Positions 49,681 through 63,559 of a stretch of DNA of 64,000 nt are shown here, one piece after another. Within the stretch, counting starts at the first letter, position 1. Each line of letters starts with the position of its first letter. The DNA comes from Lytechinus pictus (Eukaryota): positions 35,032,001-35,096,000 of the forward strand of contig NC_087245.1 in the NCBI RefSeq assembly GCF_037042905.1, in the 5' to 3' direction. Position numbers and translations under genes: made by a program. The notes below the pieces were generated by a model. The model searched no databases, had not been told where the DNA came from, and was given only the letters and a program-made list of their open reading frames with translations.

Positions 49681-51063
49681 GCATCGTCTCAACATCATCT
49701 GAGTATTACACCATTGTGTTTAAACTTTCCAAGGTGGTCTCCTTTACCATCCAAGAGGTCATTTGAAGATTGACATACTCAACCATTTTATTTTACATGC
49801 AGTGTCCATCTACCGCCTACATTATACTCTATAGTGTCCTTGAAAAGCATAGTTTGATTGCGACTTTTTCATACAAATCTTGTTTTCTCCGTAGAATTAT
49901 TTTTTATATTTGATTTATAGAAATTACCTGCATTTGTTCCATTTTTTTCCCTTATCGATGTTGCCGTCATGGGTTGTTGACTATATCAACATACATCCAT
50001 CCTTACATACGCACATACACCCTTACACAGTCACATACACACATGTATATAGCTTTTACAAATACCTTCAAACAAATGTAAAATCATTGATTTGATTCAA
50101 TTTTGCATGCAATTAAATTTTCAAAAATTGAAATTTAAATTGATTAGTACCTGAGAGAATACCACATTGACAAATCAGAGAATACTAAATATATTTGCCT
50201 TTCTATTCTATTTGTGTACTGCCATCCTTTTAATGATGACTTCATCAAAGGTAGATAATATACTGATTTTTATTTAGAATTAAAGGTAAAAGACTAGTTG
50301 CAGCAAACAATTATTTCATGAGAAAGTTTTTTAAATCAAGTTTAATTGCCAAAATATTATCATACATCTAGATCTGGTACATTTTCCCCCCTTATCAATG
50401 TAAACTTATCTTTTTTTAATTATGAAATATCAGCTCAAAATCGATAATTATGATGATCACTAACACAGAAAACATGTGGGACAGTGTTTTGATATTGCTT
50501 CGAAAAATACCCAACATTTTATGGAATTCTGTGCTTAATTTGCTCATTTTACAGCAATTACGCATTTTCTTCCAGAGCTATTTGGCACATATATTTTACA
50601 TACAAACACTATGGTGGTAATTTCATTGGATTCTGTTTGAACTCATTTTGAGATCATTAACACACCCCCCCCCCCCTTTCAGGGGGAGTTTGGTAAAATA
50701 ATTTGATGCATGGAACATAGAGGATATGAGTACCCATCACATCACATTCCATCATAATTTTTTTTCTATGTTTTGTGCAGTTTTAATTGGGAATTCAATA
50801 TCAGGATCCCATTCATAAATAGTGCTATGAATGACAACTGTAGTGAAATCCTTGTTTGTTTTTTTATCGGGCAGAAAGCACTATACTTTATTGATATTTG
50901 GTAAAATAAGCACATGTACATTATTTGTTATTTGCTTTGTAATTGATCATGGATAGATGATGCACTTACATTTTAGCACTGAATACCTCACTTCAAGATT
51001 TTATTTACAGATTTTTTTTTGTAATTTTGACTATACTTCTATATTTTCTTCCTCTTTTAAAAG

Positions 51064-51069
51064 AATAAA
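51064..51069 (+). promoter_or_regulatory. Candidate SF1 polyadenylation signal AATAAA
   Basis: Canonical AATAAA ~1.4 kb after the stop codon, preceded by U-rich sequence and followed by GU/U-rich sequence. Confidence 0.5.
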
Positions 51070-52827
51070 AGTGCATTTAATATGGTAATAGATTTGTCAT
51101 CCTTGATTTTACAAGAGCAGATATATCAGGTTATTTTCATATATCTTTAATTCATTTGCTGAACATATGCTTTTTGTGATTTCTCATTTCTACCACATGT
51201 CAGAGACATAATTGAAATCTATCTGAACTAGTTTAGAGGGGAATGACTCCTCCCTTTCCTGCGTTGATAAGCTTGTGGGTAACGTGAAATACACATTAAT
51301 TGTAAGATATGTGATAGTGACATGTATGCAGCCTAGTTTTTCATAAGTAAAAACAAGATAACAACCAGCCCCTTCTCGTTATCCTGTATGCTGCTAAGTT
51401 TATATTCATGAACATTTAGCGTTCAAGGGATCACCCACCTAGAAATCATTATCAATTGGATAGTCAGCCCAAAGGGGTGAAAGTTTCATCAAAGTTGGAG
51501 ATAAACTATAAAAGAGTATTGGAATTTCAATTTTTTCATCAGTGTGAAACAATTTAATGCATAATTATGCTAATGATGGAACCAGTGCTGTCATGAGCCA
51601 ACATGTTTCCTTTTTAGTTTTTTTTTACAAATTATTATAATTATCATTAGATTATTATTATAATGATGAATATAAAGTTTTAATTTGCAAAGGTGAGAAT
51701 GGAGATGATTTATCTCCTTTGTATCAAATTTGATAAGATGATTATATTACTCTTTTCATGAAAACTAAAGCTTGCTTTAAAAAAAAGAAGAAAAAAGGTG
51801 GGCATGTGACTTCATAGTTTTGGATACAACCTCATTTACTGTTTTTTAGCAACTATACATCCATCTAGCTCTGTGCACCTGAATAGGAAGCCTAGCTTAG
51901 CCGGGGTAATAATAATAGCAGGGCCCCGCTAGGAGAACAGTTTTCAGAACTGAAGTGGCTACCTTGGGTAAATATACCGTTACTATATTTATCAAAATGC
52001 TGTTATATTTTCATGTGATTGGAGAAATTTAAACCGTTTTGCTTATTTAAAATAAATACTTTTTTATTCAGTCAATTTGATTTCAAGGTGTCTCTCATGC
52101 ATATGACTACTGCAAGGTTTATTGATCATACAGTACATCTTTATCTTTCTAATAATAAATATAATAATACATGAGATTTATATAGTGCACTTTCCATCTT
52201 GATTACATGCTCAAGGCGCTTCAGAGCAGAACAACAAAAACTATTTACATACAATACATGTCTGAACAATAAGTCAATGTCTATCAAAAAGCACTCTTAT
52301 ACTTGTATGTTTTCAGGTTGCCCTTGGAGGTGGTCACTGAGGTCTGAATGCATCATTCAATTGGAAGATTACAGGCCGTACGTTTCATAAAGCTTGTTTT
52401 GAATGGCGAGTCACTGGCTATGGTTAAAAGCTACTGAAATGAAGCATGTTATTGACTGACAGCTGATCTATCACAAAATTTTTGTCATTTGTTTTTCTCA
52501 ACAGGTCTTATGAAATCGGACCATAATTTATATCAAAACAAAAAGATAGCCGTAGTATATTACAGATGCTTGTCATTCATTACATAAAAAGGAGACTAGC
52601 AACTTGTATGTCTTAGGTAGATTGTGCGTGGGAAATCACACTTTTTAGTAAGCTCTGTAATTTCATTGTACTCCCATTGTATATGCCCATGTGGAAAAGA
52701 TTTCAAATTAATTAATAAATGTACATTTTCTGTAAAAATATTGCTGTTGTATTTTGTTGAGTATTTTAAACATTGAATTGTTGATAGTGCTTGAGACAGA
52801 CACACATGAGTAGTAGTGTCATTTTAA

Positions 52828-53138
52828 AGGACAAGTCCACTCCAACAAAAAGTTGATTTGAATAAAAAGAGAAAAATCCAACAAGCATAACACTGAATCA
52901 CTTGACAATGAGAAAATTAGAATATTTCATATAATAAAATACAAAAGAAATAGTGAGTGATGGACATCGACTGACTCACCTAGTTGTGCATATCACTGTT
53001 TTGTTTTAAAAAATAAGCGAAACTTTAAAATGTCATAACTTTCTTATTTTACATCCGATTTTTGATGAAATTTTCAGCACTATGCTAGTTTGATTTTTCT
53101 CTATTCAAGTCGGCATTTTCCTGGGGTGGACTTGACCT
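52828..53138. mobile_element. Kolobok-type MITE (internally deleted relative of 25938-26444)
   Basis: TTAA|AGGACAAGTCCAC ... GTGGACTTGACCT|TTAA. Confidence 0.88.
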
Positions 53139-54550
53139 TTAAATACATGTTCATGTGCATATTGACATTCCATTGATTCATTTAATAGCACACAGAATAA
53201 TCAAGTTTGATGAGATTCAGTATTTCAGGATGTGTCGAATATTTAGGCCTAATCCTTAAAACAATAATGTACTTGTTTCCAATCTTGCATGCCATGGAAG
53301 CTTTGCCCTTCTTGGTGCAAAACTATTACTGATAATAGCGCCATCTATCTGGATACTGTAGAATTCATCCAGAGGCGTAAGGTTATTGATCCCCTTAAGG
53401 GTGTGAACCTCTAGTTTTTAACAACCTTCAAGAGAGAGAGAAAAGGGGATGAAGAAAAGGGGTGTTGGGTTGCAACTTGGATAGGGGAAAGGTAGAGAGA
53501 TGGGGATATGAAGAGTGATGAGGAAAAAAGCGAAAACAAAAGTAAAGGTAAAGACAGGAGGAGAATGGACAGGTGATGGAGTGCATATGGTATTAGACAT
53601 TGGGCAAATGAGAGAGGGGTGATTTTGACATTTTTTAGATTACGGTAGGTTTTGTTTTTAAAATGTAAAGAAGATTAATCAATATATCTTAGAGATTTCT
53701 GGGAAAGGGGTAATGGAATTATCCCCATGTGCTGTCCCTGCGCCCCCTTCCTCAATCCCTCTATAACTTTCCCCATATGTTTTGTACACAACTTGTTGCC
53801 AATTACATGTATGTGAATGCCTATACCTGATGCTGTTGGCTGCCTGTCGCCATGGACGAAAAAGAGCACTCCAATAAAACATTGAAGAGCCTTTCCCTCT
53901 GTCTTGTAAAGGATAGTGAAAAGTCCATGACTAGGATGAGGGAGAAAGAGAGACGTGAAGGCTTGGGGGCCTTAGTATCAGGTAGATGGAAGCCCCCCCC
54001 CAAAAAAAAAAAAAGGGAAATATCAATACATTTGTTTGATCAATGAACAGTCAGTAATAGGGCCTAATAAGACATTAATTTGATCAATGAAAATATCCGA
54101 CAAGCATCGTTGGATTAAAGTAATACATAAAAAAATAAAAGTAAATACATGTAAATAATAATGATAATATCAAATAGGGCCTACCTCCCTCCACCCCAAA
54201 AAAAAATACAGTGGCACCCCAGGATTTTTTTTTTTTTTTGGGGGGGGTAATTATTGGCAAGTGAATGGCATAATGAAATGTTAGGGGGCAAGGGCAGACA
54301 AGAATGGCAAGTTTTGAAAGGGGTTTAGAAGAGTGAAAGATGGTATTCATAGCCTTATTCATAGCTTGAATGGCCGCTTGTGACAGCATGTACCTACCAT
54401 ACTTTTTTTTCTTTATAATCGAGTATAGATTTATGATCTTGAGAAAATGTGCAATGGAGACAGACGCATTACTTTTAATACTGTGTGTCTGAAAATACTA
54501 AATTGCCCAGGTGAATTGCAAGAAATATTGTGACTCGGAACACCATCCAC

Positions 54551-54923
54551 CGGGGGGGGGGGGGGGGGGAAGGCAGTCAAATAATTGCTGTATACACATG
54601 CGTGCCCCCAAAAACTTGTTTAAAGGGGTGGTTTTTTTCAGTTTTGGATGCTGGCCCTCGTAAAGGGCATCAAAAACACAGATTTTCAATAAAAAGGTGG
54701 GATGGTCAATGAATGGTCTATCGCGGGCCGGGTCAAACGTAGGGTAATTGTTGATTTTCCCCAGCATGCAAGCTTCATATCCTGGCGACAACTTGCATTG
54801 GGGGCAAAATGTGCAAATATGCCTGTGAAAAACTTGTTTAGGGGGTGTTTGGAAATAATTTGGTCACGCATGTGTTCAGCAATACATTTGACTGCCCACC
54901 CCCCCACCCCCCCCCCCCCCCCG
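54551..54923. mobile_element. MITE with poly-G/poly-C termini
   Basis: TIR core GGCAGTCAAAT...CACATGCGTG; 9-bp TSD ACCATCCAC. Confidence 0.85.
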
Positions 54924-55568
54924 ACCATCCACAACACTGCATGCAGAGTTCGCTCGTTATATTGGTCTGCTACTGCTAATTAACTCAGCATGCAAGCTAG
55001 CGCAGTGTTCGAGTTGATGCTAGCTCGATAGCTAGCTCGCGCTGTAGTACCGGTATAGCTAGCCCGCCAGAGCTCGAGCAGGCCATCGTTACAGTACGAG
55101 TCCACCTGTGGCTGTGCTTTACTTTAGACTGGATACTGAACACCAATGAAATTGTTTGCCCGATAGTGACAATAATTTGAAGTGAAACATGGCAAAAAAT
55201 CAGGAGGCGAGAAAGCGGAAACATAACTCAAGAAATGGGAGCAGTGGTCGAGGAAATGGAGGTGAGATTCTTTCTCTTAAACATTCCCCATCTTGTTGAT
55301 GATGCACTGCCGTTCGCGTTCGGTGGTATTCCGTTGGTGATGGTGGTGCCTGGTGGTGGTGGTGGCCGTGGCCGTGGGGGGCCACGCGAGGTAAACCCAG
55401 TTGTGTGTCAATCAATTTTTGACAGCCATTTGGAAAGATAACAAGCGAAGTTCCACCATTTTCTAATAAAAAATGTTAGGCAATATTACAGAGAACAAAA
55501 TACAAGATGATTACAAGTATTGTCGCATTGAATTCCGATGTCGAAATTTTGATGTTTAGGGCTCCATG

Positions 55569-56101
55569 TAACCTAACCCAGAGAGCTCCCGCCCGCGCAG
55601 CGGGCGGGAGCCCAGAAGCTTACCGTGTATTTTACCATTGTCACCGGACTAGGGTGATTTATGGTCTAAATATTTCTCCAAATGAATTGTGAAAACGGAA
55701 AGTATACAATTACCACGATTATGTGGATGAAGGTCTAACGAGTGGCAGATTCCTGACATCTGGGCACAGTCTGGAACCTCAAAAAAACGAAAAGTTCTCT
55801 CCTTCTACCCAGTCTCGATCGGCCATTTTGTTACGATTTTTAACAAAAATGGCCGATCGAGACGGGGTAGAAGGAGAGAACTTTTCGTTTTTTTGAGGTT
55901 CCAGACTGTGCCCAGATGTCAGGAATCTGCCACTCGTTAGACCTTCGTCCATATAATCGTGGTAATTGTATACTTTCTGTTTTCACAATTCATTTGGAGA
56001 AATATTTAGACCATAAATCACCCTAGTCCGGTGACAATGGTAAAATACACGGTAAGCTTCTGGGCTCCCGCCCGCTGCGCGGGCGGGAGCTCTCTGGGTT
56101 A
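55569..56101. mobile_element. Foldback element with near-perfect 260-bp arms and a 7-nt loop
   Basis: 55574-55833 is the reverse complement of 55841-56101 with about 4 mismatches and 1 indel; 9-bp TSD GGCTCCATG. Confidence 0.93.
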
Positions 56102-56422
56102 GGCTCCATGCAGACATTTTGAAAAAATGTTGAGAGCCATTTTACAATTTACATGCAGAGCCATAATTTCAGTTTTCCTGAGTCATTCTTTTTTTCTTGA
56201 TAAGCACATGGTTTAGCATCACACTCTGTTCTGCTTGTTGAAAAATCAAATTAATGCATATCATTGTTTTATTGTTATTCACTTTGTTCTTCATTAATTG
56301 TTTTAATTTTTTTCTTTAATTTTGACTTTAATTTACTTTAATTTTATTTTTTGCTTTTAGAAATTAAGCGATTTTGTAAAAGGCTGTGTCTCGTCTGCTT
56401 TTAATGCGTATACACATAGTAT

Positions 56423-57475
56423 CAGGGTGATCAGATTTCAAAAAATGAAATACGAGACAAAAAGAAGCACGCTGCATGCATGAGCGGTTTAAAAAAGCTG
56501 GATCGACCGAGCCAGGTCTTAATAAAAAAAAGATCAACAAAGAAGGCTACACATTACAATGTTAGACTTCATTGTAAAAAATATTAGGGGAAATTTTAAT
56601 CAGTACGAGGGTAATTATGTGTCCAACCAATTGTGGGCAGTATTCTACCCAATGCGGGAAGCATATTGTCCAGTAAGGTTAAAAAATAAGCAGCAATTAC
56701 TTTAGAATGGGCATAATTTTAATCACACTGGACATTTAAAAATGCCAAATGTTGAATGTACTTGGTTGGACACATAATTACCCTCATGGAGCATTTTTAC
56801 CCAATATTTTTTAGAGTGTTGTAAAAAATATAAAGAAAAGGAAGGGAGGGTGCACAAAAGAATGAGGGAGAGAAAGAAATTAGGAAATAAAAGAGATGAA
56901 TTGAGAGGAAAGAAAGAAAAATGAAGGGGAAAATGATGTAAAGAAAATGAAGGAAAAAATAAAAGAAAGAAACTTAGAATAAAAGATGGATAAAAGAAAG
57001 AATAAGTAAGAAAAAAGGTTTCCGTCATTCTTTGAAATGAATACAGAAAGAAAGGATAGGGAGATGAATAAATTCGTGAAAGAAAAATAAAGGAGAGAAA
57101 GGGACAAAAGTAGGAAGAAAGAAAAAAATGTTTCCTTCATTCTTTGAAAGAAACAAAGAAAGAAAGATGAAAAACAGGAAGAAAGGAAGGGAAAGAAAGA
57201 ATAATGGAAAATAATTAGAAGGAAAAAAGAATGAAAGAAAGGATGAAAGACAGGAGGAAAGAATGAAGGGAGGAGAGAATGAAAAAAAAAGAATAATGGA
57301 AGGAGAGAAAGAACAAAAAGAAAAAAGAGATGAAGGGAGAAGAAAGCAAAGAAAAGTTTAAGGAAAGAAAGAATGAAGGAAATTAAAAAAAGAAGGAAAG
57401 TAAGAGAAAGAAGGAAATAAAGAAAAATGAACAGAAAGGATCAGGAAAGAAAGCTAGGAAAGATTATAAAGATAG
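56423..57475 (+). mobile_element. Truncated second copy of the hAT-like element at 14219-15643, with a nested insertion at ~56585-56820
   Basis: CAGGGTGATCAGATTTCA start, AAAGATCAACAAAGAAGGCTACAC block and a homologous purine-rich core. Confidence 0.8.
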
Positions 57476-59526
57476 ATTAGTGAAACTTCCTGAAACTGAC
57501 AGAGTGGTCTTGAAGAACAGAGAAATGTGGGGAAGATGGATTAATTAAATATTGTATTATTCCATATTTGAATAAATAAAGCCCTGTGTGGAAACTGCAA
57601 TGTCGTCTGAAAAATTGTCCACCAATGGAATTCTGAGCTCTATGGGCTATGGATTTTGCGTAACAAAAGAGTGAACCAGTTGAGTGAAGAGCTATTTCAA
57701 AGCATTTTGCATCAATTCTTTTGAAAATCAGTGAAAAAAGGATTCCTCACATATGCAGAAAGAAGGTACAATATGACTTTTTCAGTGATTCGGTCTTCAT
57801 GGACCATGACAATGGCAATTCATGGACATACAATCCTGTATAAGAAAGTTGCTTTAAATACAGTATGTAATGAGCATCAAACTATTATACTTAGACGCAG
57901 TTCTCATTATACTTTCCAAAACTGGTTTACTGGAAACCGGTCCAGGAAACCAGTTTAGAAGATCGCTTTGCTAGCGTTCCCATTTGATCACCTGAAAGTG
58001 GTTTTCAAAATCACTTCACGTAAAGTGGTTTTGTTGCTATGGGAACACTCAGTTGGGTGACATGTTTCGCGCGAAATTTGAAACCGCAGTGTAGGCATTG
58101 CACATACAGTGTGTGGAGTAGCGCGCTTGAAATGTGAGAAGATCACTTCCCGAAGAACGGTTGTGTCCTCTCTTATGCTGAAACCAGTTTAACGAGGCAA
58201 AGCTGAACTGGTTTTGAAGATCCCTTTCAAGACCGTTTTAATCGTTCTCATTACACGTTAAACTAGTTTCCAATTCCAGTAAACTTGCTTTAGGAAGGTA
58301 GCAAGAACGGTTTCTTACTTGAATAATTTAGGCAGCCATGTGTCATGAGGTCACCCACCAAAAAGGGTGGTGCTGTTACATATTTTGGTTGCTTTTTAGA
58401 GTTATTCCTATTTTCAAAACCAAAGCAACTATGCCAACAAGTTTGGTAGGCCTATCATTAATAAAGCTGAATTCTTTGACTAATAATCCAGAAAGTTTCA
58501 TTGCTCTAGGATAATTAGAACTTGAGTTACACGTCTTTAAAGACGGAGCACCAGGGGTGGTGCCGGAAGCAGTACCACCTGTACAAATTCAATGGGGATT
58601 CTCAATATTTTTGCCATTTTTGATAAAACGTTAATATTTTTGTGAAAACTTGACTTCCAACTACATATTCCGTATCAAATTAAAGCTAGAACATTTTTCT
58701 TTACAGTTGACTGTTTGAAAAATAAGACACAGGTCAGAGACATTCAGACCAATAATGTGTGAAGAATCTTAAAAGTATTATTTTTCCTAATGCTATTATA
58801 ATTTCTTTGAAATTATTTTATACCTTAAAGATAAACACAGCAGAAATACCCACCATGTAATGGTAATGCAGAAAAAAAGCACACTATATACACAATAGAC
58901 CTCTTCATTTCTTTATATTTTGTGAAAAAAATTACATAAGTTCTGGTTGATTTTTAAGTAATTTCTTGACCATGAACCCAAATAGAATTATACATTGTTG
59001 GAAAGGTCTGACTCTGTACTGTACAGAAATATGATTATTCTGGTCATAGCCTAGGGGGATTATACAAATTATTATAAAGAATATTAGATTAAATAATTAC
59101 TAATATTTTCTATCCAACACAATATATAACTAAGGCCTTCCACCTAATGCTATTTTTAGTGCATATATGGGTTCAATGAGTAATTTCCTTTCAGAAAATA
59201 CATACTTTTACAATTATAGGGTGTATACTAAAAGTGATAGAGACTTTTGAAGTCAAAAAGGTGAAACAAAAGCAAATATCACCATGTAACTTGATTGGTT
59301 ACTGAAACTAAATACGAACGAGAAATATCTAGGTAAACTTTTGGCCTACGTTAAGCTTTATTTCCTTCAGAGTAGCTAGGGTTTGGAAATGCCCCAAAAT
59401 AGAGTAATCCTATACATGTATGTGTTTGGTGAAATTATGTGATACTCTGTATGATTATAAGATGGTTCGATACGGTAGTTTAAAAATAAAGATAAAATAA
59501 AAAGGTTTGGTAAGGAACCAGTGTTT

Positions 59527-59632
59527 TGGCTCAATTGGTAGAGCATCCGTCTCACAACCGGGAAGTTTGGAGTTTAAACCCCGGCTGCGTCCAACCAAAA
59601 TACATCAAAAAAAAAAAAGGGAGTTGCTGATC
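59527..59632 (+). mobile_element. tRNA-derived SINE head
   Basis: A-box TGGCTCAATTGG and degenerate B-box GAGTTTAAACC; no acceptor stem closure; continues into non-tRNA body sequence. Confidence 0.65.
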
Positions 59633-60875
59633 TGGGGCAGCACAGTGGCTGCCAGGCCCATGATCAATTGGGCAAAATGAATTTTTTGAGTATTTCTCTC
59701 TCAAATTTGTATTTGAAACAATAAAATATGGATTTTCATTTTTCATATGAGGTTCCTTGTACATGGATAAGGGGAAAAGTCTTTTTCTTTTCATATCCTG
59801 GTTTTATTGATCATGTTAACTGAAGAAGAACAAATTTGTTGACTATCTCCTTGGTCAACAATGCACCAGAACCCTGAAGTGTAGTCAACTATATTTCTTT
59901 GTTGTCGGTGTTTAATACAATATTTACTCTCGGCGGATCATCACAGATCATCAGATAGGCCGTGCCAGACATCGTTGTTTGAAACTGAACTTCTAATATT
60001 ATGGTTATTGACACAAACTTCCCTCTATTAAATTGAAATTTATGTATTTACAGTTGGAACACTCATAGAAATACCAGAAATCACTTGTGCATTAGACTGT
60101 CTCTAATATTTGAAGTGTCATGCATGGTTAGTTGTATTGTTGTGATTTGAACCTCACTTGTTTGTAACCTACCTGTCATATGAACTCATCAGAGATATAG
60201 AGCTTAAAGACCCCAGTTTCCTGTGATACAGAAACAATACAGATTCAAAGAATTTTATGGAAAAATGTATGCAATTAAAAAAAAATAATAATAATTAGAA
60301 TAATAAGAAAAATACAGTGACAATCATGAAAATCAAAGCAAACTCCAATAAAACAATCTGCCAAACCTGTACGCAATGTGATCACAAAGGTTTATCTAAA
60401 TTATTGCAGTGCTTGTAAATAGGTTTTCACTATATTTCGCCTGTTTATGTATCGTCGCTGGTCATCCGAACCGTTGTATCACACATACGACAGTGCAAAC
60501 CCATTTCAGAGAAAATCCACTTCAAAGTTTACTATAATTTCAACATTTTGTTCCCCAGTCTTACAACATTTTCATTGCTAGAAAAAACACATTGTTGGAA
60601 AGACCAAGACAATTGCTTGAAATTGGTATCTTTTACCCAAACCAAGAATCAGAGGAAATATCGAAAAAAAAGAGCTACATGTACATACGTACATGCTTGT
60701 AATTTCGGTTTGAGCGATCTAGATTTTCCCTGTACAAAAACGTCATAGGGGATACAGCAACTCTGACAGCGATTTCAATGCGCATGATCAAGCAAAACAT
60801 TGTATCTCTCTTTCAAGTGCAAAGTCGATGCAGTGCCAATATGACAATTTTACTGACCACGCATTTGCATATTAA

Positions 60876-61801
60876 AGGGGAAGTTCACCCTGACAAAAAG
60901 CTTATTGTAAAAATAGCAGAAAAACTAATAAAAGATATTGGCGAAGGTTTGAGAAAAATCCATCAAAGAATAAAAAAAGTTATGAGAATTTTAATTATGT
61001 GATTTGTGACGTAATTATGCGAGCAGCTTTCCTACATATATATATGGTAAAAGTCATTTTCTCAGATAATAAATTTTTACTGTAGGCCTACCTTCAGTAT
61101 AGACAATAGACAAATCATTTCACTCCCATTTCTAAAAACAAAACAAAAAAATGAGCCATTACAAACCCAGAGTGCTACATATAACTTTTTAGAAGCACTT
61201 GGCTGGTAGGACAAGTAAATTTTCAAATAGTTGGAATATACTTGCCCAAAAATCCATTTTACTGGCCCGAAAAAATTCTTGAAAAAAAGTTTTACCTCTT
61301 GAAAAGAAAGTTTTGCGGTTTTATAAACCATTGAACTTTTTCTCTCTTTTGGCATGAACTGATCTACATGTACCTTGTTATTGCATTTCTTTTTCCAAAG
61401 TTATTTTATCTTGCCTGCCATGACCAAAATTAGGGTCAACTCAATATCATATCATATCGACCCTTATTTTGTTCAATCTACTGTGAGAATTTTGCTTGCC
61501 CAATTCGGGCAAGTAGTTTTTGTCTTTACTTCAAAACACTTGCCCGACTTTTACTTTTACTTGCCCTGGGCAATCGGGCAAGTGCTTATGTAGCACACTG
61601 CAAACCATTAGAAAAAATTGAAATTTATATATTTTTTATTACATATCATGGGGGCAGCTGCTCGTTTATGATGTCACAAATCCTAAACTTGAAATTCTAA
61701 TAATTTTCTTTCTTAATCTTCAATGGATTTTCTTCAATTCTTCACCAGTATTTTTTTCTGCTATTTTTACAACAAACTTTTCTTCAGGGTGAACTTCCCC
61801 T
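60876..61801. mobile_element. Kolobok-type MITE with a nested element
   Basis: TTAA|AGGGGAAGTTCACCCTGA ... TCAGGGTGAACTTCCCCT|TTAA. Confidence 0.9.
61168..61600. mobile_element. hAT-like MITE nested in the Kolobok MITE
   Basis: CAGAGTGCTACATA / TATGTAGCACACTG TIR; CAAACC directly on both sides. Confidence 0.8.
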
Positions 61802-63018
61802 TTAATAAGTGCATGCTGTTGTTGTTTGCTTTGCTACAGTATATGTTTCCAATGGGATTTGCGCATTTTATCAAAAATTTGTATGGCATTGACATGAAAA
61901 TCCCCACATATCTCAGAAACTAAAATAAATTGCTGCCTAGAAATTTATGTATGTATATAATAGGATTTGTTTTCATTTTCTGCAAAAATCTCAAAATTGA
62001 TTTTTTTTTAAACCAAAATTTTGCTTATACGACAGTTCTGATGAATGCTGACGGATGTTTTGTACATTACCACTGGCGAGTATGGAATTGGATGTTTAAA
62101 ACATTGTAGAACACAGAATTTGCAGTTTAGAAAATGGGAAAACTGGATAGTTTAAAGCTACACAGTACATTATTATAAATTTCCACTGAAGTGATTTGTA
62201 GATTTACTTCCTCTTTTAGTCGATACCCTCTCATCTGAAAATACCTTTATGAGGTGGAAATAAGCAGACTATTGTATCTCTCTTATCAAAGCGATTAACC
62301 CTAAAGTACCACAATGGAGCTGGTAATATCCTGAAAATCATTCAATGGTGTGTTAGGTGCTGAGCATTTTTTTGGTGGGGGGGTTGGAAGGGATGGATAA
62401 TAATTGACGTATTCACTCTGAAACATAAAACATGTGTGCAATGTGTAAAAAGGAGAAATATCATACACAATTAAAGTAAGAAGACAAAAAAAAAGATTTT
62501 GGTACATAAAAACAGTTTTAATGGGAACGAAAAAATTAAAAACTCCCTTTTCTTTATTATGGTTGATTTTTTTTTCTTTGTTGCTCTGTTCTTTCAGCCA
62601 TTTACTGCGTATGGCAAAGGGAACCCCTGTTGATTGTCGAATCTGATATGATTTTTTAAAGAGGAAAATGCAAAGAAGGAAACCGTTACCTCAAGGGCTT
62701 TGCACATTGGCAAAGTTGTGCTTAGTCATGTACTGTCACTGATCTTACCAAGACTCACACTCCTCAACCGGCTTTCTGTTTCTGTTCTTATTTTAAGAGT
62801 TGGCGAACCCCACAGATAACTGGGTAAGGGGTGGTACTGCAAGAAAATAGTGCCATCCCCACACACATGCCATTTGAGCGGGGTTAAGCAACAAGACAAA
62901 GGTCAATACTAACTGACTAATCAGAAACAAGAATGGTATGGTGTTCAAATTGTGATTTGACTTCTGTTACATACACGGCTGCATCAACAATTGTCTCCCT
63001 TGCAGTGTACATTACATT

Positions 63019-63559
63019 CCCGGGGGGGCCACTTACATTGACGAGTGGATACCATGCGCGACCAAAAAAACACGTAAAAAGGATGTCCTTTTCACGATAT
63101 GGCACGTTACGTACGTAACGTGATAAGGGTGTCAAAAACACAAAAATAATGAAAAAAGGGTGTCTATTTCGCTAGGAAAATTGCGTGTTTAGGGTCGAAT
63201 TTGCGGGAATGTTAAAACAAAATTAAAATGTTTTATAAAGGATGTCCATTTTGCCCCAACACTTCGTGTTTAGAGTCCGATTTGCGCGAGGTGTATGTTA
63301 CTAAACCAAATAAGGTAAAGCCGACGACCGAAGGACCCGTAACAATAAAACATTCATGTACTTGTTTAGGGGTTCATTTCAGGGAATATTTGCCAAGAGT
63401 ATCGTTTTCTTTCCAATACTTGTTAAGGGTAGGGTTTCACACGCCAATACTTGTTAAGGGGTGCATTTTCAGAATATGGAAATTACGTGTTTAGGGTGCT
63501 TTTCGAGACCCCATGGTCGCGCATGGTATCCACTTGTGAATGGAAGTGGCCCCCCCGGG
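63019..63559. mobile_element. MITE with CCCGGGGGGG termini
   Basis: ~45-bp TIR; 8-bp TSD ATTACATT. Same family as 36755-37275. Confidence 0.92.

Noticed and set aside
55200..55415. His-rich minus-strand ORF as a gene
   Set aside because: The His run derives from a short (GGT)n tract, the start is non-ATG, and no family is recognisable. The region is reported only as a CpG island with a candidate exon.
59527..59600. tRNA gene
   Set aside because: The B-box is degenerate, there is no paired acceptor stem, and the sequence continues into SINE-like body.
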